The translations under genes and the position numbers were made by a program. The notes under the pieces are model-generated. The model saw nothing but the letters and a program-made list of their open reading frames with translations. It was not told where the DNA came from and made no database searches. DNA of 63,486 nucleotides, counting the filler, from Chiloscyllium plagiosum (lineage: Eukaryota), in NCBI RefSeq assembly GCF_004010195.1. It is 5 parts of one record of this genome, joined end to end, with 100 filler letters (N's around TTAATTAATTAA, not from the genome) between each part and the next. Parts side by side here need not be neighbours in the genome. Positions count along the whole stretch, not along the records: positions 36,187 to 55,880 come from NC_057717.1; 4 more parts are not named here. One strand, written 5' to 3'. How positions within the stretch are numbered: position 1 is the first letter of the stretch; each line of letters begins with the position of its first letter. This document shows, piece after piece, positions 38,750-50,918 of the stretch.

Positions 38750-40125
38750 TATCCAAGAACATTTCAAGAGGGCAGAAAAGAGGTTGCGGGGCCCTGGCTG
38801 ATAGTGCGGGGCCCTGCATCATCGCTGACCATGGGTGAGGTCCCGGATGATTGGAGGACAGGGAATGCTGTGCTCTTTCTCAAGAAGGGCGACAAAGAAA
38901 AACCTGGGAACTGTTGACCAGTAATCCGAACATCTGTAGTTGGTAAGGTACTTGAGAAGATTCTGAAAGATAAGATAAACATACATTTGGAAAGGCAGGG
39001 TATGATTAGGAGCAGTCAGCACGGCTTTGAAATTAGATACAAAATTGTCTTGATGGTAGGAAGCAGACAGTTGTAGTGGAAGGATGCTTGTTGGACCGGA
39101 GGCCTGTCACTAGTGGAGGGCCTCAGTGTTCGGTGCTTGGACCATTACTGTTTGTTTTATATATAATGATTTAGTTTTGAATGTACAAGGCATGATTATT
39201 AAGATTGTAGATGACAATAAATAATGTGTTTTCGTGGACAGTGAGGAAGGTTGTCAGACATTGCAGCAGGACATTAATCAGCTGAGGAAGTGGGCCAAGA
39301 AATGGCAAATGGAGTTGAATGTGGATAAATGTGAGTTCTTGCATTTTGCAAAATCAATTCAAGGTCGGAGTTTCATGGTGAATGGTTGTGCCTTAAGGGT
39401 TGTAGTGGAACAGCCAGGCCCTGGAATTCAGGTGCACGGTTCTCTGAAAGTTGATTCAGACATAGACAGGACAGTGAGGAAGGCTCATGGCACACAGACC
39501 CTCATCAGTCAGGGCATTGAATATCGAAGTTGGGGAGTTATGTTGCAGTTATACAGCATGCTGGTGATGCCATACTTGCAGCATTATATTCAGTTTTGTT
39601 CACTTTGTTAAGGGAAGGATGTTATTAAACTGGAAAGACTGCAGAGGAGCTTTACAAGGATGTTGCCAAGGGCTCAACGGTCTGAGTTTTAAGGAGAGGT
39701 TTGACAAGCAAGGACATTTTACTTTGTCGTGTATGGGATTGAGGGGGAATCTAATGGAAGTGTATAAGATCATGGGAGGCATGGATAGTGAATGCACTCA
39801 GTTATTTTTCCCCAAATGTTGGGCAATCCCGGGCTAGAGGGCATCAGTTTAAGGTCATAGGAGAAAGAATAAAAGGGAATATGAGAGGCAACTTCTTTTA
39901 CACAGAGGGTGGTATGCATATAGAATGAACTGACAGCAGAAATCGTTGAGCCTGGTACATTAACAACAATTAACAGGCATTTGGACAAATACATGGACAG
40001 GAAAGGCTTAGAAGGATATCGGGAAAGAGCAGGGAGACGGCGTTAGTGTGAATAGACATTTTGTCCGGAATGGACTACTTAGGGCCGAAGGGCCTTTCTC
40101 TATGCTGCAGGACACTGTAACTCGA
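38750..40125 (+). mobile_element. CR1 RT + 3' UTR
   Basis: 'VPDDWRTGNAV', 'WAKKWQMELNVDKCE', 'MLQLYSMLVMPYLQHY', 'LRGNLMEVYKIM'; 3' UTR 'gggccgaagggcct'. Confidence 0.9.
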
Positions 40126-40252
40126 ACAACCATGGCTTGTCTCTCACTGAATGTTATATTGTACTTTTCAAATTCACTGGAGCTAACTTGACCATCAGGC
40201 CTCCAGGCTTCCTCGATGTTTGACTGTAATGTTCAAAATGTCTATATTGCAT

Positions 40253-41598
40253 GCAGATGGTATGTAAAATGCAACATATTAATGTCCTAATTCCTCAAAG
40301 CTGCTTCAGAGCAAGGTTAGTAATTAGTTCTCCTGACCACAAAACACCAAATCTAAAATAACCTGATCTCTAGTTTGGTTATTCAACCCACCTGATACAC
40401 ACTTCTGGAATTTGTTTTTCACAACACTAGCAGTCACTTAGTTTACGCAGTTTCGATGCAATTTGACGCCATGCAGTATTACTGCAGCACCCACGATCAT
40501 TTGTTACTCATTCACAGGATGAGAGCGTTGCATTTATAACCAGCATTTATTGCCCATGCCTGAGGGCAGTTAAGAGTCAACAGCATTGCCTTGGGTCTGA
40601 AGTCACATGCAGGCCAGACCAGGTAAGGACAGCAGTTTCCTTCCCTGAACGACATCAGTGAACCAGATGAGTATTTCCAACATTTGACAATGGGTTACTG
40701 GTCATCATAAACGCTTGATTCCAGATACTTATTGAATTCACATTCCGCCATCTGCCCTGACAGGATTCAAACTTGGGTACTCAGAACATGCCCTGACACT
40801 CTGGGTTAAGAGCCCAGTGATAATACCACGAAGCCATTGCTTCCCCTTGCATATACTTATATATCCAATTTCCAGACCTACGATGCAAAATATTTGCGTG
40901 ACAGTTTTGGTCTCGATATATAACGGCAGATGGTATGTAAAATGCAACATATTAATGTCCTAATTCCTCAAAGCTGCTTCAGAGCAAGGTTAGTAATTAG
41001 TTCTCCTGACCACAAAACACCAAATCTAAAATAACCTGATCTCTAGTTTAGTTATTCAACCCACCTGATACACACTTATGGAATTTGTTTTTCACAACAC
41101 TAGCAGTCACTTAGTTTACGCAGTTTCGATGCAATATGACTCCATGCAGTATTACTGCAGCACCCACGATTATTTGTTACTCATTCACAGGATGAGAGCG
41201 TTGCATTTATAACCAGCATTTATTGCCCATGCCTGAGGGCAGTTAAGAGTCAAGAGCATTGCCTTTGGGTCTGAAGTCACATGCAGGCCAGACCAGGTAA
41301 GGACAGCAGTTTCCTTCCCTGAACGACATCAGTGAACCAGATGAGTATTTCCAACATTTGACAATGGGTTACTGGTCATCATAAACGCTTGATTCCAGAT
41401 ACTTATTGAATTCACATTCCACCATCTGCCCTGACAGGATTCAAACTTGGGTACTCAGACATGCCCTGACACTCTGGGTTAAGAGCCCAGTGATAATACC
41501 ACGAAGCCATTGCTTCCCCTTGCATATACTTACATATCCAATTTCCAGACCTACGATGCAAAATATTTGCGTGACAGTTTTGGTCTCGATATGTAACG
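40253..41598 (+). repeat. Tandem duplication, 2 x ~673 bp, each containing a minus-strand tRNA-derived SINE
   Basis: 40253-40925 is nearly identical to 40926-41598; the SINE (~40505-40846 and ~41172-41520) reads 'ggggaagcaatggcttcgtggtattatcactgg...gagtttgaatcc' on the minus strand. Confidence 0.95.
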
Positions 41599-44479
41599 CA
41601 ACAATGTTTGCTTCTCCTTGCTATTTGTAAGATCCACCCAAACTGATTCTGTGGAATCTGAGAGACAGGGTCTGTGGCGTTGTTAGTAATGGATTTGGAC
41701 AAGACATAAAGGGAGACTCGCCGAGACGCTGGGATGATATGAAGAATTGGTCAGCAATACAGGACAAGTATCAACATCCTCCCCGCTCTGTCAGGATAAG
41801 TGTTACTATATTGTCTCTGCTCCCTCACACTCACTGTATATCTGTTAAATCACCTACCCCCGAAGAAGGCTCACACAGTCTCTCCAAATAAGGCTCAAGC
41901 ATGACCACGCTCACGATTGAATTCAGCACCTTCCTTCCCCCACTTTTTCTGTCACTGACACAATAGCCTTGCACACTAATAACACGGCGAGGATACAACA
42001 CTATGGACAGACTCCATCCTGACATCTCACCCTTCCCCCGCCACCTACACCAGCACGAACAGCAGGGCTACCCATTCCCACCCTTACTTCTTCCCTGCCC
42101 TTCTCCCATTCCAGGAGGAACAGCCTGGAATAGGACAGAAAGGGCCAAGCCGGGTGATGGAGTGCCTGACATCCGTTCCCCCATCCCCCTATCCCGACAT
42201 GTGGGTAGGACCCTGGTAGAAGCCGGAAAGGACCAGAAGGCCTTGTGTGGAAATTCTGAAACATCCACGTCCCACCATCCGAGTAAGGAGCAATATTCAG
42301 TAAAGAACAATTCTCAATTTAAACCCACTGGCAGTTCCAACCTCATCTCTCTCACTCGCAAAAGAACAGATGCTCCATTGCACAGAGATGCAGGCAGTGA
42401 AATACACAGAAGTATTGGTAAACACCACAATATACTAACATGCACAATGCATACAAGGAGATAGGCATACACACACATAGAAGCACACTGAGACATATAC
42501 AGTTACACACAAATAGACAGAAACACAGATAGAAACACAAAGGCTGATACACAGACAGACAGATGTAGTCACAAAAATACACATATAACAAGCACATGGA
42601 CACACGGACACACACACACACATATACATACACGCAAATACACAGACACTAGTGTCATTAAGACACAAATAAATAAGTTCTTGATTTATAAGGAGATCAA
42701 GAATTCTGGGGAGATGGTAGGAAAATGGTGTTGAGGAACATATAAGAAATGATCGAATGGCATGTCAGACTTGATGGGCCAAATGGCCTAATTCTGTTCC
42801 TTGCTTTAATGCTTGTGTGGTGTTATTCTATCAGGTATTCTCTTCCGGAGACAGCAGTAGAGGCTAGGTTGGATACATATTTGATTGGAAAGAGTCATTG
42901 GTATTGTGGAACAGAGCTGGAGGTCGGAATGGTTTCTGTCTATTCGTAGCTATTGTGTCCTTATCTCAGAAAAGGGGCATTCATTTGATGTGAGGCTAAG
43001 GCAGATTTAAAATAATGGGTCCCACAGTGAAATCAGGATGTGCCCTTCCCTTTAGTGTTGTGCTACCTGTGGTATCCTCATCCTCAGAGAGCAGTGAAGA
43101 CTCGGTTATTGAAGATATTCTAGGCTGAGCTCGACTGATCTTTGCTGGACAGGAGAGTCAATGTTTATTGGGAACAGACAGGAGAGGGATAGTTAGACAC
43201 AATCGGATATGACATGAGCATTCCGAATGGTACAGCCGAATGGCCAACTGCCGCCCCTACCCCATGTGTTGTTCCCTCAATCCATCCCTTGAGTCTGTTA
43301 CAGGGTAGAGGACCACCCCATTCAGCTACACAGTTCGTTACCATGAGAGGGGAAGAGACCATTTTGCCCGTCAAAGGAGTTACACAGGAATATAGAATGA
43401 AGTAATTCAGCTCGCTGAGTACATTGCACAGCCCAGGAGGAGGCCATTCAACTGCTGCATAGGAACAGGGATGCTGTCCCTAACAGGAAATAGACAGTAG
43501 AGATAAATGAATATTTTTACCAATATATAACTGTTTTTGCCTCAGAGATCACTGTGGGGTCATCAATGATCCATAGTCTATGTCAAATATCTGAACGAAG
43601 GGATTGAATGGATATCATTCGATATATCTTCGAATGGAGATAGTGAATCTTCATTGTGATATAGACAGGGAAAGTTAGTGAGCAAACCTTCATCAAAAAT
43701 AATATAACATGAGCTTTCTATTGTGGTAGGAAGGAATGAACAGGAGGAAACAAATTAAATGGAGAGAGATCACAGAACTCTGTGATGCAGATATTTTTCA
43801 TATTCCTGGTACATGAATCATATGAAGTCTGTCTGCAGATGCTGCAAGTGACTTGGACGGTAAGTGGAATGATGATGTTTGTGGCCACGGGTATTGTGTT
43901 TAATCAGGAATGTTTTGCTGCATCTGTCCAGGGCATTACTGAAACCACATCAGATACACTGGGTGCAGTTTTGATCCTCTGAACTAAAAAAAGATATAAT
44001 TCCTTTCGAGGATTTTCAAAGATGCTTCCTTTCATTCATTCCTGAAATGAAAGCCTTTTTTATCGGGGATTATCTGTTTCGGTCTTAGATGAGAAATCTT
44101 ATTGAACCACGGTTTTCAGAAAAGTGTATCAGCTGGATACATATTTTCTCTTGTTAAGGAGGCTAAAGCTGGAGAATATTTTTATGAATGAGATGTATTG
44201 ATATTAACACAAATATTATGAAGATATGAACCCATTTTTAAAAATTACGCAGACACATATAAACATGTCATCAAATTATAAAGCGGGCACCTTTATTTTG
44301 AAAATGAAAGACACTGTGCATAACAACAGCAATGATGCTGCATACAGCATACAGTCCATTATCATCCATTCCAGAGCATGTTCATGGAGAGTAAATATGG
44401 CCCAGTTTGGTGTTCAGTTGACATTATGGTATTTTTCCACACAGGGAGGGAGAAAAATATTACCTGCCTCAGAAGCAGC

Positions 44480-44830
44480 AGCCAATTACTCTCTCTGTCT
44501 CTGACTGTTCTGCCTGAAAACAAGGTGTTAGAGCAGAAAATCCCTGCGTCATCTTTACCTCTCGTGGAGGCTTCCTGATGATGATTCATAGGAATCTCTC
44601 CACTGCCCGAAGCAAAGAGAATTCAGCCAAATCCAACTGTTCTGGGGGAAAGTCCCATTACCAGACAGAATAATTTCAATGGCCGAAAAACATTTGAGAC
44701 ACTCGATCATTTTACTATTTGAAACAGAGTTCAACTTTGTGTGTCTCACACTTTTCTAGGAAATTACCCAGCCTGAGACCTATATCATTGGACACATGAC
44801 TAAACGGGTTACGTTTGAAATTTGCTTTCA
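44480..44830 (-). pseudogene. Possible decayed Ig/TCR V-like segment
   Basis: Frameshifted minus-strand peptides '*YRSQAG*FP' (WYRQ-like, ~44787), 'FASGSG', 'L*IIIRK', 'KDDAGIFC' (~44533), then 'caccttg'-22 nt-'acagagaga'. The W-to-C spacing is longer than in a canonical V domain. Confidence 0.3.
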
Positions 44831-45600
44831 CCCGGAGGTAGGGGAAAAGGGATTAGTGACCCTCGAACATTGGTCAGAACATGAACAAGAGATTCTCAAA
44901 GGGCTGTAAAAGTGTGAATTCCCTTCCCCAGAAGTTTGTGATGCCTGGATATTTCCATTTATTAAAAAATGTGTATATTAAACATGTGACAGACAAACGA
45001 ATGTAGGTAAATGGCACACAGACAGAAAACCGTTGTTGAGACGATAATCAGAACTTATTTCTTGGTGGAGCAGTGACAAAGTGTCTCATGACCAACTCCT
45101 GCTCCTCAGTCCTATGTTCCTATGTTCCATTCAGCCCCTCACAGCTCCTGCAAGGAGCAGATGGGGGCCACTTGCTCCAAATACCTGGTCCACTGCAATA
45201 CAGGATCTCACTCAATCCCTCGCAACTGTCACACACAGATTGGTATGGATTGGAAAATGTTATTTGGAAGTGCAGGCTGGGTTCGAAAGATGTCTCTGGT
45301 CTGTTTACAGAGTGCCCCCTCTCTGCAACTTGTGCTTCATTTGTTGGTCCTGGTCTAGTCCAAGATTCATTATGAATAAAGCCCCATATCTCACTCAGAG
45401 ATGACTCAAAAATGCTTTGCTCTCTCTGAGTGCAACATTCAATAACAGAACGTCCAGGAAAATTACAACCGTTTACTTTGCAAATAAAGAAAATGAGAAC
45501 ATAAGGAACAGGATAAGATATTTCGGACAGTCAAGCCATTGTATACAATATTGGCTGATCTGCTGTAAACATTAACTCCTCTTCAATGCCCAATTATTCA
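44760..45600 (+). repeat. Diverged paralog (copy D) of the duplicated cassette 11630-12450
   Basis: Shared blocks in the same order: 'cccagcctgagacctatatcattgg', 'tatgttccattcagccc', 'caggctgggt', 'tgcaacatt...aggaaaat'. Confidence 0.8.
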
Positions 45601-46736
45601 CACCCCTCAGCTCTCTGACAGGTCAACTAGCCATCTACCGCCTCTTTAAATAGTTTCAGTGATGTAGCTCCCTTAATTCTCTAGTCCAGACAATTCCTGA
45701 CAGTAATGACCCTCGGTGAGAGGACAACACTCCCTACAAATACGCTATCACCTATTGATATGAACAAGAGGTGAACATAGGGGCTCAGGAAAGAGTGAAT
45801 GGCCTTGATATCAAGGCAGTATTTGACTGAGAATGTCATCGGGACCACCTACTTATTTGAGCAGAATGGGAATCAGGGGTAACCTCCCACTGGTTGGGAT
45901 CTTTCAGAGCACAGAGGAAGATGTTTGTGGGCGGTGGCAGACTATCCTCTCAATCCCAGATCATCTCTTCAGGAGATCCTCAGGTTACTTTCCTCAGTGC
46001 AAACATCTTCAGCTCCTTCGTCGACATCTACGCACCCGCACCCCTGGCACCCCACATCCATCATGAGATCAGCGGCGGGGTGATCACTGAAGATCACACA
46101 ATGTTCAGAACATTTTGTCCCTCCTCAGCTCCTGAACCAGTCTCTGTGTCCATGTGCAGCAAGACCTGGACAGCAGTCAGTTTTGTACTGTGAAAGTGTC
46201 GGTAACATTCATGTAACAGCACGGCCCGACACTGCATATTTCCACAGTTAAAAAAAGGATCTCATTCAGCATCTCAAGCTGGTTACACGGATATGTAGAA
46301 GCCATTCAGCCAATCTAAATGACTGAACAAGAAGAGTGACAGCCCATTCAATCCTGCTGTCTGTTCCCCAGGAAGAGAAGTGGTCTGGTCAGTACATTGA
46401 GCTGTTAAACAGGAACAGGCAGAGCCCAATCAGACACTTGAACCTATGGAACGAGGACGAATCCAATCCTGAAAGTGGTCTTGGGCAGGATTGGTGAGTG
46501 GAGAGAATATGTAGAAATGTAAATCTGAATGGAGAGAAAAGATCATGGAGATTAAGAACAGTCTGGTTTCTTCTCGCGTACTGTTGAGTAAGTTGTGAAT
46601 AGTAATGTTATAGTTATAATTTGTAAGGAATAACATTTTTGACTGTATCTGAAAATGATCACTTCCAAATTCTAAAATTTAAATATGAACAGCAATTCAG
46701 TTCAAATCAGTTTAATGGTCAGATGGAATGACTTAC

Positions 46737-47010
46737 CAGGAACACCAACTGTACCGAGGATGGGATAGTAACCACCTTGAATAATCGAAAGGATACCTTC
46801 GATCCGTGATGCTCATGATATCCAAGGCTGAGAAAGGTAGTAAAGACCCGAGGATAAACTCCTGTGTGTTATAATATTCCAGTCTAATGTTCTCAGATTC
46901 TGATCCATTATTGGAACATTCCAGTCCAATGTTCTCAGATTCTGATCTCTTCTTCCCTGTCTCTCGAGCTGCTGATCTGTGTTAGTCCAGTCAATGATGT
47001 TCCCACCCAT
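46737..47010 (-). pseudogene. GPR139/GPR142-like class A GPCR first coding exon with premature stop; second exon not found
   Basis: 'MGGNII...DQNLRTLDWNVPIMDQNLRTLDWN...QPWIS*ASRIEGILSIIQGGYYPILGTVGVP' ends at a phase-1 donor CCTG|GTAAGT (46737). YYPILxxVGVP followed by an intron is characteristic of TM1 of GPR139-like receptors. In-frame TGA at 46813-46815. Confidence 0.75.
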
Positions 47011-47959
47011 ACGGGATAACACATTGAACCTAGTCCTTAATTAATAGAAGAGGCAAACCCTCCAGTGACACATTTACGATCCACAGAGACGGACATCAAT
47101 CACAGTCACTGAACAAATAGCTCCAGCCAACAATTCAATATTTTATTAAAATTCAAAACAATGATTCAAACCTTCACATTCTGGATGGGATATGTGAGGG
47201 TGACTTATGGAACAAGCCTTGAGGCTGGTAGATGAATTGAGTGTTACCATTTAATCTGCCTTGGATGCAGGAGTAATGCCATAAGTTTATCAGAATGTAA
47301 ACATGTTTCTCTGTTTATAAGTGAAAGCATACATTCTGTAACTAGTAATCAAGCATTATAATTTCAATAAAACATTGAGACAATCTTTATAGTTCATGAT
47401 CTGAGGGGAATGTGAGTCTGAGAAACATGGGGTTATAACAGACAAATGGCATGGATATGTTAACAGAGAATTGAACGTGACAAATGCCATTCAGATTGTT
47501 ATTCCAATTTCAGAGAGAGGCAGATGAGGCCTGTGCTGTCGATGTTATCTATGTTAGTGAACTGTGATGAAGTGCCATTTACTGGACTTCAATTACAGTT
47601 TGATTATGGCATTGTGGAGGAGACAGAAAACAGAGAGAATTGTGGGACATGGCAGTTCAGACTGGAGGGCGGGACAATAATATTCATCAGTCAACAGTAT
47701 TGGAATGTTACCCTTTATAACTCATATGAAGAAAAGATTCAATGATACATTTAAAGTGAGGAATGAGGAGTAAAATCTGATTACTGAACACAAAATACCG
47801 AAAAAAAATGATTTTCTGTCCATACTAAATTATGGAAAGTACAAAGAGATAAGATACACTCATGATAGTGAGCTACATAAATTGAAATGTGTATTACAAA
47901 ACCAGGGAAGTGGTGTGCAATCTTTCTCAATCATTATTTGGCCCACAGCTGAGATGCTG

Positions 47960-48220
47960 ATGTCCCCTCTGTCAGTGATCCACCTCATTGAGATTCTCTG
48001 GCGCAGTATCTCAGTATCGAGCAGGATTCTCAGTTCCTGCAGCTGTTCACCCAGTTTATTTAAATTTAGCCACCTTCTAATTGCAAAAACAAAAATCGCC
48101 TTTTGGGCTCTGTTTAACTGTCAGCAACTCAGCTCTGTGATATTATTGGAGATAAATGATCTGAGGCCACAGCCAGTTTCCGCACAGTGCTCACAGGGTA
48201 TGGTACTAGATAAAGGACTT
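47960..48220 (+). pseudogene. Possible decayed antigen-receptor V-like remnant
   Basis: Frameshifted peptides 'QY...QFLQ', 'KNRLLGSV', 'SSVILLEINDLRP', then a perfect CACAGTG at 48183-48189; no YYC and no good nonamer. Confidence 0.25.
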
Positions 48221-48369
48221 GCAATCCGCGAGAATTTCTAAATAAAACTTTCATTTTCTGTCTGTTCCTGTCTATCTCCCCTCATGCTGTCTTCTGATCT
48301 ATCAAACACACCCTCGTTTAACATTCCTCCAATCACTCCCTGTTTCCAAATTGTGCAGTTGTACAGCTT

Positions 48370-48693
48370 GATGTCCGACTGGGACAACACAACTATTATA
48401 GGACAAGTCAAACAGAGAACAGCCAGGGAATTCCTAGAGGCATAGCACTCATCCACAGATTCTATCAACAAACACATCGACCTGGACCCAATACACTGAC
48501 CATTGCAGTAGACAGCTGGAACTGACAACCGGAAGCGGCAGAGACAAACCACTATAAATGCCGGAGGAAAGATCACAGAAGCGCTTCACAGGAGGCTCCC
48601 AAGCACTGAGGATGTCACCGAGACAGGGGACGAAACGTCTGCAACACAAATTCCCAATTCGGCGAACAGAACCACAACAACGAGCACCCGAGC
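48370..48693 (+). mobile_element. Penelope-like element 3' end (GIY-YIG C-terminus + pseudo-LTR)
   Basis: 'WDNTTIIGQVKQRTAREFLEA*HSSTDSINKHIDLDPI' followed by a hammerhead motif. Confidence 0.85.
48603..48642 (+). ncRNA. Minimal type I hammerhead ribozyme (intact core)
   Basis: 'gca CTGAGGA t gtcacc gagaca ggggac GAAA c GTC tgc': stem I gca/tgc, stem II closed by gtc/gac, ACGT palindrome, GUC cleavage triplet. Confidence 0.8.
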
Positions 48694-49193
48694 NNNNNNN
48701 NNNNNNNNNNNNNNNNNNNNNNNNNNNNNNNNNNNNNNNNNNNNNNNNNNNNNNNNNNNNNNNNNNNNNNNNNNNNNNNNNNNNNNNNNNNNNNNNNNNN
48801 NNNNNNNNNNNNNNNNNNNNNNNNNNNNNNNNNNNNNNNNNNNNNNNNNNNNNNNNNNNNNNNNNNNNNNNNNNNNNNNNNNNNNNNNNNNNNNNNNNNN
48901 NNNNNNNNNNNNNNNNNNNNNNNNNNNNNNNNNNNNNNNNNNNNNNNNNNNNNNNNNNNNNNNNNNNNNNNNNNNNNNNNNNNNNNNNNNNNNNNNNNNN
49001 NNNNNNNNNNNNNNNNNNNNNNNNNNNNNNNNNNNNNNNNNNNNNNNNNNNNNNNNNNNNNNNNNNNNNNNNNNNNNNNNNNNNNNNNNNNNNNNNNNNN
49101 NNNNNNNNNNNNNNNNNNNNNNNNNNNNNNNNNNNNNNNNNNNNNNNNNNNNNNNNNNNNNNNNNNNNNNNNNNNNNNNNNNNNNNNNNNNNN

Positions 49194-49290
49194 AGCAGCA
49201 GGGCTCCCTGATTGGACCAGATGAACAGCCCCAATCAGGGAACCCATATTCTATGAGGCCCACCTGGCTGACCTTGTTACAATCACAACA
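49194..49290 (-). mobile_element. LTR terminal fragment
   Basis: Minus strand begins 'tgttgtgattgtaacaagg'; contains the inverted repeat 'gggctccctgattgg...ccaatcagggaaccc'; truncated by a gap. Confidence 0.55.
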
Positions 49291-49574
49291 TTAACCTTGT
49301 TATGGCTAACCGAGAGTCCTCCAGTACCCTGCCCTGCCCTGCTACATCCCAGGATGTTGTAGCCTTTATTCAGTGCTCCCTCAACCTCTCTGTTGGGTGT
49401 CGCTAACTGATACACATTCACCCAACTCCAGCTTTCTGTGCTCCTGCAACCCCTTCACAATGATACATACCCTTTACATTATATTGTTATCTTCAAATAA
49501 AATTTATCTAGTAAATCATTAGAAGTAAATCTATTAAACTAACCACCATTCTATACCACTCACCCTTAGACTTA

Positions 49575-50345
49575 CTAACCCCCTCCCTGACTCTCACACT
49601 CACTGACCCCCTCACCCACACTCACTATTCCCCTCCCTGACTCACACACTCACTAACCCCCTCACACACACTCACTATCCCAGCACACTCACTAATCCCC
49701 TCACACACACTCACTATCCTCCTCCCTGACTCTCACACTCACTAACCCCCTCACACACACTCACTATCTCACTTNNNNNNNNNNNNNNNNNNNNNNNNNN
49801 NNNNNNNNNNNNNNNNNNNNNNNNNNNNNNNNNNNNNNNNNNNNNNNNNNNNNNNNNNNNNNNNNNNNNNNNNNNNNNNNNNNNNNNNNNNNNNNNNNNN
49901 NNNNNNNNNNNNNNNNNNNNNNNNNNNNNNNNNNNNNNNNNNNNNNNNNNNNNNNNNNNNNNNNNNNNNNNNNNNNNNNNNNNNNNNNNNNNNNNNNNNN
50001 NNNNNNNNNNNNNNNNNNNNNNNNNNNNNNNNNNNNNNNNNNNNNNNNNNNNNNNNNNNNNNNNNNNNNNNNNNNNNNNNNNNNNNNNNNNNNNNNNNNN
50101 NNNNNNNNNNNNNNNNNNNNNNNNNNNNNNNNNNNNNNNNNNNNNNNNNNNNNNNNNNNNNNNNNNNNNNNNNNNNNNNNNNNNNNNNNNNNNNNNNNNN
50201 NNNNNNNNNNNNNNNNNNCCTCACCTTCAAACCCACTGTCCCCCTCACTGTCACAATCCCCTTTCTAACCCTCACCCTCACCGTCTCCCTCACCTTCATA
50301 CTCATTAACCTCCTCCCTCACTCTCAAACTCACTCTCACCCTCCC
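49575..50345. repeat. Low-complexity CA/CT-rich minisatellite spanning a gap
   Basis: Repeats such as 'cacactcactaaccccct' on both sides of the N run. Confidence 0.85.
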
Positions 50346-50492
50346 TGACCGTCGCACACACCATCAGACCATTCATATACTAACTGTCGGACTGACAGTA
50401 ACTCCGGCTGGGTGTATCTCAGGAAAATACACAGACACTCAGAGCAGTGTAGTGCCCACTCTGAGCATCTTTGTTGTCAGGCACAGACTCAC

Positions 50493-50918
50493 CCTTATTC
50501 TGTCACGGTATTAGAGACACATCGCTACAATTTGCAGACTTTTCATGAATGGCACAGCCCTGAAATGAGAAGGTGGGACTCACAGGATTAGCCACAGCGA
50601 TGAAGTGAAGCAGCAGTCCCACACTCCGAGAGTTTGTTGTGTAGCTCTTACCTAATTGACAGGGCAGGTATCTGCTGTGAATTCTTCAAGGATATTCTAT
50701 CTTTATAGAGATTTACAGTGGTCAAAGTATTGTGCTACCTATGCACTTGTGAGCAATAATCAAACCATATCAGCTCCGCAATTAATATTTATCCAGCTCT
50801 CCTGATAACTGGGCAAAAAGAACCTGATAAGGGGTTGATACTTTTATCGTTTTCTGGTGAGTTATCACGGCACTTAATTATTGAATCGATATCCTCCACC
50901 AGGTTAATCCTGGATAAA
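50493..50918 (-). pseudogene. Decayed two-exon gene remnant, identity uncertain (Ig V-set-like or DED-like)
   Basis: Acceptor 'cttctctttgactgcag', 267-nt exon 50918-50652, donor AG|GTAAGA, 92-nt intron, acceptor 'ccttctcatttcag', 67-nt exon 50559-50493, donor GG|GTGAGT. All frames of the large exon contain stops. Confidence 0.4.

Noticed and set aside
44640..44700. GPR139-like exon 2 ('AIEIILSGNG')
   Set aside because: The expected continuation (CGLS...YLVAMA, DRF, later TM helices) is absent.
47900..48240. Type I interferon-like helix on the minus strand ('EQLQELRILLDTEI')
   Set aside because: Superficial similarity only; no signal peptide, CAWE-type motif or matching exon structure.
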